DNA of 64,000 nucleotides from an uncultured Actinomycetes bacterium (GTDB lineage Bacteria > Actinomycetota > Coriobacteriia > Anaerosomatales > PHET01): NCBI GenBank assembly GCA_963700665.1, contig CAVOYK010000001.1, positions 542,958 through 606,957 of the forward strand, in the 5' to 3' direction. Within the stretch, counting starts at the first letter, position 1. Each line of letters begins with the position of its first letter. A program made the position numbers and the translations under genes. The notes under the pieces are model-generated. The model saw only the letters and a list, made by a program, of their open reading frames with translations. It did not search any database and was not told where the DNA came from. Below are positions 31,408 to 40,968 of the stretch, one piece after another.

Positions 31408-31848
31408 ATGCAACAGCTGATCCGGTCATGCGAAGTTCGGGTCCCGCGGGAACCACTCTGGGATTTCCTATCGGACTACAACAACGTCGTGGCCATGGGG
31501 TCCCCCGACGCGTCCGCGCGACTTGCTAGGGGGGATTCACAGCGATGTGACTGCGCCTACGAAGCCGAGATCACCTGGCAGGGGTCAACAAGTCACTTCA
31601 CCGCCTACATGATCGATGCCACTCGGCCGGAGACTCTGACGTGGGATGCCGAAACTGGCATGGGGAGAAGCTGGCTTCGACTGGACTTGGAGTCGGTCAG
31701 CTCGGAAGTCACGTTGGTCACAGTAACGCTGCGCTTCGAAGGCAGTCCTTGGGCGCAGATGCTCGAGGCCTTGGCCTGGGGCTTCCTGAGCGAAACGTTT
31801 GATCGGACGCTCGTCGAGTTGTCGCAGCTGGGTCCGAGCGACACCTGA
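31408..31848 (+). CDS. SRPBCC/START-like ligand-binding protein
   Basis: V..PREPLWDFLSD N-terminus, P..LTW and TLVTVTL strands, C-terminal helix. Confidence 0.7.
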   Translation: MQQLIRSCEVRVPREPLWDFLSDYNNVVAMGSPDASARLARGDSQRCDCAYEAEITWQGSTSHFTAYMIDATRPETLTWDAETGMGRSWLRLDLESVSSEVTLVTVTLRFEGSPWAQMLEALAWGFLSETFDRTLVELSQLGPSDT

Positions 31849-31911
31849 GCTCCCCGGCGTTCTCACACGGTCGGCGAGTGACCGCACTCCTCCCTTGAAC
31901 CGCCTGGCCCC

Positions 31912-32094
31912 TCATGACTCCGGCGGTTCATCTTGGACAAGATCCTCCGACGGTTCGCCCACCTCGTTCTCTTTGGCATGAGGCTCCTGATGGCGCGCTC
32001 GGCGTTCAGCGAGTCGGCGTTCCTCGCGAGCGCTCAGCTTCTTCGGACGCCAAGCGGAGCCGTCCGGATTTGTGGAACCGTCGGTCGTCTTCAT
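31912..32094 (-). CDS. Small charged hypothetical protein
   Basis: AAGGAG SD before ATG; 60 aa, low complexity. Confidence 0.45.
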   Translation of the reverse strand: MKTTDGSTNPDGSAWRPKKLSAREERRLAERRARHQEPHAKENEVGEPSEDLVQDEPPES

Positions 32095-32261
32095 GCTCTC
32101 AACTCCTTGGCCAGCTCAGAGCGGGAAGCTCCGCGAGGCGCGTGGAAGGTACCAGTCACGGATCTCGACCGCCGCGAGCGCACACGAGCGCCACGGGGAC
32201 ACACCATCCTTGTACCCATGCACCGCAGGGCCATCGAGCAGCGAAGTCATCATGATGTGAG

Positions 32262-32330
32262 GAAAGGCCCCGGCGACGTCGCCGAGGCCTCGTCCGTTGC
32301 TGGTGGGCCATCGTGGACGCACTTCGAACT
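32262..32330. repeat. att-like junction 1 (hairpin + TGGTGGGC core + integrase tail)
   Basis: Near-identical to 34011-34079; core shared with the tRNA-Val 3' end; plus strand reads WWAIVDALRT. Confidence 0.8.
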
Positions 32331-32371
32331 GCGGCAGAGAATCGGAAGAGGGAATGCGTGAGACAGGGATG

Positions 32372-32460
32372 GCCAGGCTTCCAATCAGCCAGTTCATAGC
32401 ATCGCCAGCAAGACGAGTGGCCCCGCGCTTGACAGCTGATGTCTTCCGCACAGGGGCGCG
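32372..32460 (-). pseudogene. Decayed 3' fragment paralogous to the 33578-33946 gene
   Basis: AGDAMNWLIG vs LGDAMNWLIEA; tgtcttccgcacagg vs tgtcttctgcacagg. Confidence 0.6.
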
Positions 32461-32491
32461 ACTTCGGTCACCGGAGACGAGGTGGACCGCT

Positions 32492-33247
32492 TCATGCCTG
32501 CCTGGGTCCCACCCTGGTGATCTTCATGGACCCTGCAGCGTCATCCAGAACGAACTGACCTGCTACTTCACGGAAGTACTCATCGGCCGCCTTTCTGCAG
32601 CCACCCCAATCATGGTAGTCGTCAAGAATGATGCTGCCGCCCACGACGAGATTCGGGAAGACCCGCTTGAGGCATGTCATCACGGGTTCGTACCAGTCGA
32701 CATCAACGTGCGCGAATGCCACTGGTTGGTCGATGATCATCGTGTCTTGGACCAACCCCTTCACCAGCGCGACAGATTGCTCTTCACAATCTATCCCGAA
32801 GTCCTTCAGGTTCGACTGAACGACGCCGTACAAGTTCTCCTGATAGCCGTAGTAGGTGTCCCCACCGATGCCGGTTGATTTTCCTTCCACGATCGTCCTG
32901 TATCGATCATGCACATCCTGCGTATCGTCGGCTGAGGGTGGAGGGATCATCTCAAACACGTCATAGACGAAGAACGGACGCTCGGAGTCCTTGACAGACG
33001 CAATCAGAATCGCAGAACCGCCAAGTGCGCAACCTGCCTCGAGGAAGATCCCGGCCAGGTTGGCCTCCTCGATCATGCGACACGTGCTCGAAAGGCTGAC
33101 AAGCTTGCTGACTGACAAGTACGTCAGCTTCCTCGATCGGATGCGGGATATCAGTTCACGGTCTCCCGCATTCGGTTTGCTTGGGATGCCTGCACCACGC
33201 CTCCGACCAGCAATCCTCACGATGTATCTTCTCAGCCGCTGAAGCAT
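32492..33247 (-). CDS. TylF/MycF/NovP-family O-methyltransferase
   Basis: GIFLEAGCALGGS, YDVFE, LVKGLVQDT, HVDVDWYE and GGSIILDDY..W.GC..A. Visibly lower GC than the flanks. Confidence 0.88.
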   Translation of the reverse strand: MLQRLRRYIVRIAGRRRGAGIPSKPNAGDRELISRIRSRKLTYLSVSKLVSLSSTCRMIEEANLAGIFLEAGCALGGSAILIASVKDSERPFFVYDVFEMIPPPSADDTQDVHDRYRTIVEGKSTGIGGDTYYGYQENLYGVVQSNLKDFGIDCEEQSVALVKGLVQDTMIIDQPVAFAHVDVDWYEPVMTCLKRVFPNLVVGGSIILDDYHDWGGCRKAADEYFREVAGQFVLDDAAGSMKITRVGPRQA

Positions 33248-33420
33248 GATTCTTCCTTTGAAGACTAACGTGGTGCGCATGAGCTGGAATGCGTGCACCT
33301 CTCGTCTACAGTCTACCTTCCGGCCGATCCGTGCTGAGGCGTCATCGCCGGACTGTCGATCGAGCTTGGGGACTGATGGCCGCCGACAAGACCTGCTCGG
33401 ACTCTAGCAGGCAGTGCGAC

Positions 33421-33557
33421 GTCGGAGATCACGGCACGGTCGCCTACCAGTGGAGAGGCCCCACAGGCTCCTGGAATTGGAGCCCTCTGGGACCTTGAAG
33501 CATTCATGGTGGGCCATCGTGGACGGGCTTCGAACCGCGGTGGGGAGCGACAAGTGA
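33421..33557 (+). pseudogene. Integrase C-terminal tip containing att-like junction 2 (core 33507-33514)
   Basis: YQWRGP..LLELEPSGTLKHSWWAIVDGLRTAVG aligns with YQWKDPFGLLDMEPSGAFRYEWWAIL at 38704-38781. Confidence 0.7.
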
Positions 33558-33577
33558 GCAAGCGTGAGGCCGCGTGG

Positions 33578-33946
33578 CTAGGCTTCGATAAGCCAGTTCA
33601 TCGCATCGCCCAATGAAACGAATGCCACCACCTCAAGGCCCCTGTCTTCTGCACAGGCAGCGAAGAAGTCCGCGTGGTCAAGCCGATCTCGCGGCACCAC
33701 AAGGGCAGTCTTTCCAGCGAACGACTTCCGAACCTTGTGCAACCCCGACGCAAGGTCTACAAGATCCGTCACCGTCATCTCCGAGTGGGCGCTCCGTGTA
33801 TCGACAAGCACGTCGTAGTGTTTCGAAGGTGGCGACGCCGAAGCAATCGCTGCAAGAAGCCGCCTGCTCTCCTCCAGATCGAGCCGCCCGTCTTGGGTCG
33901 ATCTCAGGAACTCATGCGCGTAGATGACCCTGATGTCAGATGGCAT
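33578..33946 (-). CDS. STAS/SEC14 (SpoIIAA-like) small protein
   Basis: VLVDTR, KTALVVP and RGLEVVAF..LGDAMNWL pattern; 122 aa. Confidence 0.65.
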   Translation of the reverse strand: MPSDIRVIYAHEFLRSTQDGRLDLEESRRLLAAIASASPPSKHYDVLVDTRSAHSEMTVTDLVDLASGLHKVRKSFAGKTALVVPRDRLDHADFFAACAEDRGLEVVAFVSLGDAMNWLIEA

Positions 33947-34010
33947 GCTGGCCGTTCTCTCATCGGTAGGCGCACGAACATGGATCCTCTTTCCCCTCAA
34001 CAGGGTACGC

Positions 34011-34079
34011 GAAAGGCCCCGGCGATGTCGCCGAGGCCTCGTCAGTTGCTGGTGGGCCATCGTGGATGGCTTTGTAACC
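34011..34079. repeat. att-like junction 3 (hairpin + TGGTGGGC core + integrase tail)
   Basis: GAAAGGCCCCGGCGATGTCGCCGAGGCCTCGTCAGTTGCTGGTGGGCCATCGTGGA, nearly identical to junction 1. Confidence 0.8.
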
Positions 34080-34090
34080 GCCGCGCTGGT

Positions 34091-34176
34091 GTCCTAACGT
34101 TGCGGTGCATCAGCAGGAGCCGACACGCCTCCTTGAGTCTAGCGGCAAGGCTCTCCGCTGGATGCGCTGGTTCGGC
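34091..34176 (-). mobile_element. Integron attC-like site (solitary)
   Basis: Minus strand GCCGAAC-CAGC-GCATCCAGCGGAGAGCC ... GGCTCCTGCTGATGC-ACCGCAAC-GTTAGGA: R boxes, L boxes with one extra unpaired C, just after a stop codon. Confidence 0.7.
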
Positions 34177-34181
34177 ACGCC

Positions 34182-34300
34182 TCACTCGTGGTGGCTCCAC
34201 ATTCTGAGCATCCCTGACGATCTGCTCGTCCTGCGAGACCTGACAGACGAGTCGGCGCTGGATGTTGATGCGTCGGGAGTCGGCGCCCGCGAGGTCGCCG
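34182..34300 (-). pseudogene. Txe/YoeB toxin C-terminal remnant
   Basis: GDLAGADSRRINIQRRLVCQV...(frameshift)MLRMWSHHE-stop matches the YoeB tail pattern SRRINIQHRLVY...LRMWTHYE. Confidence 0.75.
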
Positions 34301-34376
34301 ACTCCCGATGTACAGTGCCGCGACACCGCCCGCCCTCAGCGCTATTGCGCCATCTCGAGTGCGTGCCTCCATCTGA

Positions 34377-35159
34377 CTACGCCACGCTCTCAGCACTGGA
34401 GGCCACCGCAGACCGATTCAACTCGGTGATGATCGCGGCGCCGGGCAGGCTGACCTTGCTCCCGGCACTGGAAGTCAGAGCCGTCCGGTCGAAGCCCTTG
34501 GCGAGGAGCCAGATGGCCAGCGCCATCTCCTGGAGACCGATCGGGATGTTGAGCACCGTGTTCACCGTCGTGAAGCCGAACTCCTGCGTGAAGCCTGCGT
34601 ATGACGGTCGAGACCATGAACAACACGATCGCGACGAGCCCCCAGCCCGATAGCCAACGGGGAACAAGCCGAGACCTGTAGAGCACAAGCGTAGTACATG
34701 AATGCTCCAATGCCGAACGGGATCAGCGCAACGAACCCATGCACCCACTCGCGTACCGCGAGCACCAGGTTCGATAGCCGTCACCGCCGAGGCCAAGCCG
34801 GCGGAGCCTACAGCCGCGGCCTCCTGGCCTACGGTCAGCAGCGCAAGCAGGCCGAGGGCCCCGACCACGACGAACACAGTCCTCGACCAACCTGCCGGCG
34901 ACAGATCCGAGGGCCAGAGCCGGGTTGGACTTCTTGAAGACCGGATACAGACCGATGGCGATGCCCGCGCCGGTCAATGGCCCACACGAACTCGATGAGT
35001 GCGGTCAACACCACCTGGGTGTTGTTCGTCGCCAACCTGGCGAGATCGACCGGGGCGACCAGCGGACCACCCAGCGGGACGATGCTCAGGATCGACGTGG
35101 CCGAGCACAGGATGAACAGGACTCCTACCGCGATCGCGTTGTCCTCTGTACGTGCGCAT
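34377..35159 (-). CDS. DUF4386 family membrane protein (frameshifted)
   Basis: AIAVGVLFIL, GIAIGLYPVFKK.NPALALG, LYRSRLVPRWLSGWGL and EMALAIWLLAKGF. Confidence 0.8.
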
Positions 35160-35160
35160 C

Positions 35161-35445
35161 TCAATCTCCTTCTTCTGTGGGTTGTGGCGCCGGGTCGGCT
35201 TCAAGGCGATTGACCGAGACGAGCGTTATGCCCAGGTCACGCACCTTCGTCAGGAGTCCGTGCAGCACGGCCTGGTCGACGACGGCGCCGGTCAGGAGCG
35301 TGTCGCCGTTGTCTTCCAGCGCGATCGACAGGTCTTCGAACCAGCTCGTCGTCGCGCGTCCGAGATGGCCTTCGACCCTGATCTGGTAGACCGCAGGCCA
35401 ATCTGGGTCTGTCCTTGGGTTTCGCCGCTCTGCCACTGTCCTCAT
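35161..35445 (-). CDS. Small conserved hypothetical protein (possibly ACT-like)
   Basis: YQIRVEGHL...WFEDL...TLLTGAVVDQAVLHGLL.KVRDLG..LVSV, a pattern recalled from genes next to MalT-like regulators. Confidence 0.75.
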   Translation of the reverse strand: MRTVAERRNPRTDPDWPAVYQIRVEGHLGRATTSWFEDLSIALEDNGDTLLTGAVVDQAVLHGLLTKVRDLGITLVSVNRLEADPAPQPTEEGD

Positions 35446-35534
35446 CGCCCTTTGCCACCGGTTGAGGCGTCTAGGTGCGCGCTACTGGAAGAGCATGGGC
35501 GCGCGCGCAGCAGCACTGACATCGGTCGAAGGGA

Positions 35535-38304
35535 CTAACTGGGGGGACTGCCAGATCTCAGGAGCAACGGGCAGGATGCCCAGTTCCCGTGCGCGCTGGC
35601 GACCGCCTGCGTGCGGCTGTGGGCATCCAGCTTGTCGTAGATGCTGCGCGCGTGGGCCTTGACCGTGAACAGCGAGAGATAGAGCCGGTCGGCGATCTCC
35701 CGGTTCGTGAGTCCGGCGGCGATCAGCTGGAGCACCTCGGTCTCACGATCGCTCAGAAGTTCCTTGCCTTCACTTCGGGCTCCGGGAAGTTGATCGCCGT
35801 CGGGCCCGGTCGACGGGAAGGCCGCCAACAACCGCCTCGCGCTAGTCCGGCGCAATTCGCGCGGGAAGCGGCTGTCGTCGAGAAGGCGGGCCATCGGTGG
35901 GCCCTCACTCACGAACACCCGGACGTAGCCCTCCGGTTCGGCCAGGGATAGGGCGCGCTCCAGCGGCGCGAGGGCCGCGGATGTGTCGCCCTGCGCCTGG
36001 TGAGCGAGCGCCTGCAACACCAGGATCTCGATCGCGCTCCCGATCCTGCCGCCCTCTTCCGCCGCCTGCAGGAGGCGCTCCAGCAGTCCTAGGGCGTCGT
36101 GGACGGCCGCCGCCGCCCCCTCCCGCTCGCCCTGGGCGATGAGCACTCTCGCGAGCGTGACGTGTTCGAACTCGTGCAGGTAGCTGAGATCGTCGTCGAC
36201 GGACAGGCCTCGTTCGCGCGCCCACTCCAGTGCTTCGGCCACCCTGCCCTGCGCGAGCCCAGATCCGTGCCTTCAGGGCGCGAATGGGGCGCACGTCCGG
36301 CAAGGGCGTCCTGATGAACAGGCGCTCAGCCTCGTCAAGCAGGCCGAGAGCGCCGTGCAGATCGCCCTCTGCCTCGAGAAGTCGAGCCTGCGCGACATGC
36401 CAGCGCCAACGCCACACCGGCATCTCGCCTTGCTCGCCGAGTTCCTTGCTTCTCAGCAGGTGTTCCGCGGCAGCAGCCAGGTCCCCCTGTTCGAGGGCCA
36501 GCTCTCCCAGTCCCCGATACAGTTCGGCTGTTTCCGGTGGCAGGGGCTCGCCCTGGTCCACCACGACCTGCAACAATCGTGTCAGTGCGTCGACAGCTCC
36601 GCGCAGACGACCCAGCGCCGGCCTGATGTCGGGCAGGACGGACATGGCGCTGATCGCGATCAAGGATGTTGCCAGCGACGAGCTGTCTCTGGCTGTAGTC
36701 GACAAACAACCCGGTCGGTTGCTTCCAGGTCGCCGCTGGCCCAGTACGTCATCGCCATGAGCGCGATCGCCTGCTGCGCGCCTGAGGTGGTCTCCTTCCG
36801 GCAGGAGCTCGAGTACCCGCTGAGCGTGCTTCACGGTGCCGGGCACATCACCCATAGAATGGGCGCGGTAGGCACGGGCCACGCCGATGGTCGCCAGCAG
36901 AGACCGAAGCTCTTCTTCGTCCGCGAGCGACCGGCGGCTGGCCCTGCCCGGGCTCCAGCCAGCGCTCGGCGTCCGTCAGCCGGGCCTCGGCGGCATCCAA
37001 TTCGCCGCGTACCCAACATCGCGTAGGCATACCAAACGCTGAGCACGGGCCGAGCGCGGATCAACTCGTCCGGCAGCGACCTCGCCCACTTGAGCCACGA
37101 TGGCGGTGTGCGAACTCTGTCACCACTGACGGCCCCGCCAGCTCGATCAGGTCAGCCGCCCACTCGAAGTCCTTGGCGCAGCAGGGCGTGACGGATCGCG
37201 TCGGATCGCGAACCGTTCTCCTCGTACCACTCGGCTCGCCCGTCGGTGCAGAGTCGGCAGCTGATCGGGTTGCTCCTCGAGCAGGTGCGCCTGCAGGACA
37301 TCGGCGAAGAGGTGGTGATAGCGATACCACCGTCGGTCGTCGTCAAGCGGGACGACGAACAGGTTGTCGCGCTCCAGGCGCTCGAGCATCGCTTTGCCAC
37401 GCTTCTGGCCGGTGACGGCATCGCACAGAGCACCGCACAACGTGTCGAGGATGGAGGTCTGCAGCAAGAAGCTGCGCGTGCGCTGTGGTTGGCGGTGAAG
37501 AACCTCCTCGACCAGGTAGTCGAGCACGAAGCGGTGGCTGCCGGTGAAGGCTTGGATGAAGCTGGTGGCATCCGGCCGCGCTTGGATGGAGAGCGCCGCC
37601 AACTGCAGGCCGGCGATCCAGCCCTCGGTACGGATCTCCAAGCGCGGTGATGTCGTCTGTCGAGAGGTCGAGGCCCATCACCCGGTTGAGGAACTCGGCG
37701 GCTTCGGAGGGCGCGAAACGCAGATCGGCCGCGCGCAGCTCGGTCAGTTGGCCCCGAGCCCGCCACCGGGCCAGGGGAAGACGTGGGTCCTCCCGGGTGG
37801 CGATGACCGACGTGCAACTGCGGCGGCAGATGCTCCAGCAGGAACGCGAGCAGCCTCGTCCACCGGTTCGGAGTCGACGACATGGTAGTCGTCGAGGACG
37901 AGGACGACACTCGTGCGGGAGAGCCGCGATCTCGTTGAGCAGAGCCGTCAGCATCGATTCGGTTGGTGGCGGCTGAGGAGACTGGAGCATGCCCAGCACT
38001 CCTTGCCCGACATCCGTCGCAACCGTCCGCAGCGCGGCGACGAGGTAGGCCAGGAAGCGCGCCGGATCGCTGTCGCGTTCGTCCAGGGAAAGCCAGACAG
38101 GTCGAACCTCCGGTTCGAGACGACTGCAGCCGGCCGCCCACTCGCTGACGATCGTGGTCTTGCCGAAGCCAGCCGGGGCAGATACCAGGATCAGCCTGCT
38201 CTGCAAACCCTCGTCCAGCCGTTCTGATCAGGCGGGGGCGAAGAACCACGTTGGGCCGAGAGCGGCGGGACGTAGAGCTTGGTGGCGAGAATCGACGTCG
38301 ACAT
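35535..38304 (-). CDS. MalT-like LuxR-family ATP-dependent regulator (multiple indels)
   Basis: ILATKLYVPP, SAPAGFGKTT, LDDYH, TEGWIAGLQLAA, DYLVEEVL, YRYHHLFAD; C-terminal LuxR HTH LSDRETEVL..GLTNREIA. Confidence 0.9.
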
Positions 38305-38529
38305 GAGGCAATCATAGGACACAACCCCGAGAAGCGAATGGGCGCGGACCGTCGTCTCCGTTGAGGCGTCGGGTTCCTCCGCTACGTCCCCTGCATCGCC
38401 CACTGCTCGGCAGGTCTGCCGAGCAGCACATATGCGGTCCGCATAGGAAGATACGCGCTGGACACAAGCTCAACAATGAGCCGTGTCACAGCCGTCTCAT
38501 AGCATCTAGGCGAACCATATCCCCAGGGA

Positions 38530-38796
38530 TTGCGAGGAGCTGTGCTCGAGAACATGCAGCGTGCCAATGCTCGCTGGCGCGCTATGCGCTCGTGGCGTCC
38601 AGCGCTCGATGTCCGATTCCAGGATGCCCCTGAAGAGAACAAGCGAGAGGTCGTGCAGACCATACTCACTAACCTGGGTGTCCAGGAGGGCCGTATAGCC
38701 TCCTACCAGTGGAAAGACCCCTTCGGACTCCTTGACATGGAGCCCTCCGGGGCCTTCAGGTACGAATGGTGGGCGATACTGGATTTGAACCAGTGA
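38530..38796 (+). pseudogene. C-terminal remnant of a tRNA-targeting integrase (probably a large serine recombinase) reading into the tRNA antisense
   Basis: ENKREVVQTILTNL...YQWKDPFGLL...WWAILDLNQ-stop; homologous tip at 33421-33557; no catalytic domain present. Confidence 0.6.
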
Positions 38797-38841
38797 CTTC
38801 CACCGTGTGAAGGTGGCACTCTCCCGCTGAGTTAATCGCCC
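38767..38841 (-). tRNA. tRNA-Val(CAC)
   Basis: GGGCGATTAACTCAGCGGGAGAGTGCCACCTTCACACGGTGGAAGTCACTGGTTCAAATCCAGTATCGCCCACCA: cloverleaf, anticodon CAC, encoded CCA. Confidence 0.97.
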
Positions 38842-38874
38842 GTGTGTGCCGCAGCTCGGCGGCGAGGAATCAGT

Positions 38875-39854
38875 CTAGCGATACCCGTTCGGGTGGGCAA
38901 GGTGCCAACGCCATGCGTCGCCGACGATCGTGCCGAGCTCCGGGTACTCGCGTCTCCATCCCAGCTCGCGCTCGGCCTTCGCCGCAGATGCCACCAGTGT
39001 GGCTGGATCGCCGGGCCGTCTCGGACCTATCGCCACTTCCACGTCCCGTCCGGTCACGTGGGCGCACGTCCGCACCACTTGGAGGTTGCTGTAGCCGGTT
39101 CCGTTGCCGAGATTGAAGACACCGCCACGCGAGCCGCTCACGAGCTGCTCCAGTGCAAGCACGTGTGCCCGCGCGAGATCCACAACGTGGATGTAGTCAC
39201 GCACACACGTCCCATCGCGCGTCGGGTAGTCGCCACCGAAGACCTCGAACCGCTCCTGGCCCTCGCGCATCGCCCACAGGATACGCGGAATGAGGTGGGT
39301 CTCGGGCTCGTGCGCCTCCCCCACCGAGCCGTCGCGCCATGCTCCAGCGACGTTGAAGTACCGCAGAGTCGTGGCTCGCAGTCCTTGCCCGCGAAGCCTG
39401 TCGATCGATTGCTCGAAGCGCAGCTTGCTCTCGCCGTACGCGTTGACCGGACATCGTCGGAGAGTCCTCGAAGATGGGAACCGTCTCAGGCTCGCCATAC
39501 ACCGCCGCGGTCGACGAGAACACAAGGGCCTGCACCCCTTGCGCCATCATCACTTCGAGAAGCGTGACGCGGGGCCAGAGAGTTGTTGCGGAAGTACTTC
39601 TCGGGATCTGACTGCGACTCAGAGACCTCGATGTAGCCCGCCATGTGAACGACGCCATCGCAGCCACCTATCGCCTCCTCGACCGCGTCGGGGTCTCCCA
39701 CCGACCCCACCACGAGGCTGCAACGAGGATCGATCGACTCGCGCCACCCACGCTCCAGGGTGTCGAGGATCACGCACTCGTGGCCAGCCGCCAGTAGGGT
39801 CCGCGCCGTGATCGATCCGATGTAGCCGGCACCACCCGTGACAAGTACCCGCAT
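38875..39854 (-). CDS. galE: UDP-glucose 4-epimerase (frameshifted)
   Basis: [35 protein letters not shown] and [16 protein letters not shown]. Confidence 0.93.
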
Positions 39855-39878
39855 TCGTTTCCCTCCAGTGCCCAGCCG

Positions 39879-40968
39879 CTAGGTCGCGAGTCGGAACGAT
39901 TCCGCCCTGCAGTGCCTCGCACCACACGCTCAGACACCCGGGTGTCCCATCGTTCGGGTACCTCCCAGTCAGTGCCGCCGGCCAGTGCAGCACCAACGGC
40001 CTCCAGAATCTCGGGTGCAGAGGCCTCAACGAGCCGATTCGAACCCAGCTCGACGGTGATCTGCCGTTCGGTGTTGCGCCGAATGGTGACGCACGGCGTG
40101 TGAAGCATGCACGCTTCCTCCTGCATTCCACCTGAGTCCGTGACGACGACCGCCGCATCCCGCTGCAGCGCAAGCATGTCGAGGTAGCCCACGGGGTCGA
40201 CCACGTGGACACCCGACTCCGGGCCGCGCAGACCAGCGCCCTCGAGCAGCGGGCGCGTTCGTGGATGGGCCGGCAGTAGCACCGGCATCTCGACGTCGTT
40301 GAGGGCGGCCGCGATGGCGCCCAGCGCGCTCCGGGTGATCGGTGTTCTCCGGACGATGACACGTCACAAGCGCGTACGACCGCTCCTCGAGACCGAGGCG
40401 ACCGGCGGTGTCACGGCCAGCGATCCGCTCAACGTTTCGCAGCACCGACTCGGCCATGATGTTGCCCACGAAGTGGATGCGCTCCGCGCCGACCGCCTCG
40501 CGACGCAGGTTCTCCTCGGCCGAGGCCACGGGGGTCAGCAGCATCGCGGAGAGCTGGTCGGTCACCAGCCGATTCACTTCTTCGGGCATGGACATGTCGC
40601 CGCTGCGCAACCCGGCCTCCAGATGAACCACCGGGATGCCGAGCTTCACCGCAGCGAGCGCCCCGGCAAGCGTCGAGTTCACGTCGCCGACCACCAGCAA
40701 GCGCATCGGGCTTCTCGGCGGCCAGCAGCTCTTCGAGCGCGATCATCGCCTTGCCGGTCTGCACCGCGTGCGTACCCGAACCAACGCCGAGAAACCACCT
40801 GGGCTCGGGCAGATCGAGGTCGCTGAAGAAGACGTCCGACATCGACGCGTCGTAGTGCTGCCCGGTGTGCGCAATCCCCGCATCGATCCCCGCTGCGGCG
40901 AGCGCCGGCATGAGCGGGCCGACCTTGATGAAGTTGGGGCGCGCCCCGACGACGACGATGACTCTCAC
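39879..40968 (-). CDS. wecB: UDP-N-acetylglucosamine 2-epimerase (frameshifted; 3' end approximate)
   Basis: VGARPNFIK, HTGQHYD, GDVNSTLA, HLEAGLRS..MPEE.NR, HRPENTD and TDSGG.QEE. Confidence 0.92.

Noticed and set aside
32116-32255. Short minus-strand ORF ending DWYLPRASRSFPL
   Set aside because: No convincing SD or recognisable family; it may just be the upstream region of the 60-aa gene.
32262-34079. Repeats as a CRISPR array or extra tRNA genes
   Set aside because: Spacing is 0.5-1.2 kb with genes between copies, and no cas genes are present. Only an acceptor-end-like segment exists, with no D or anticodon arm.
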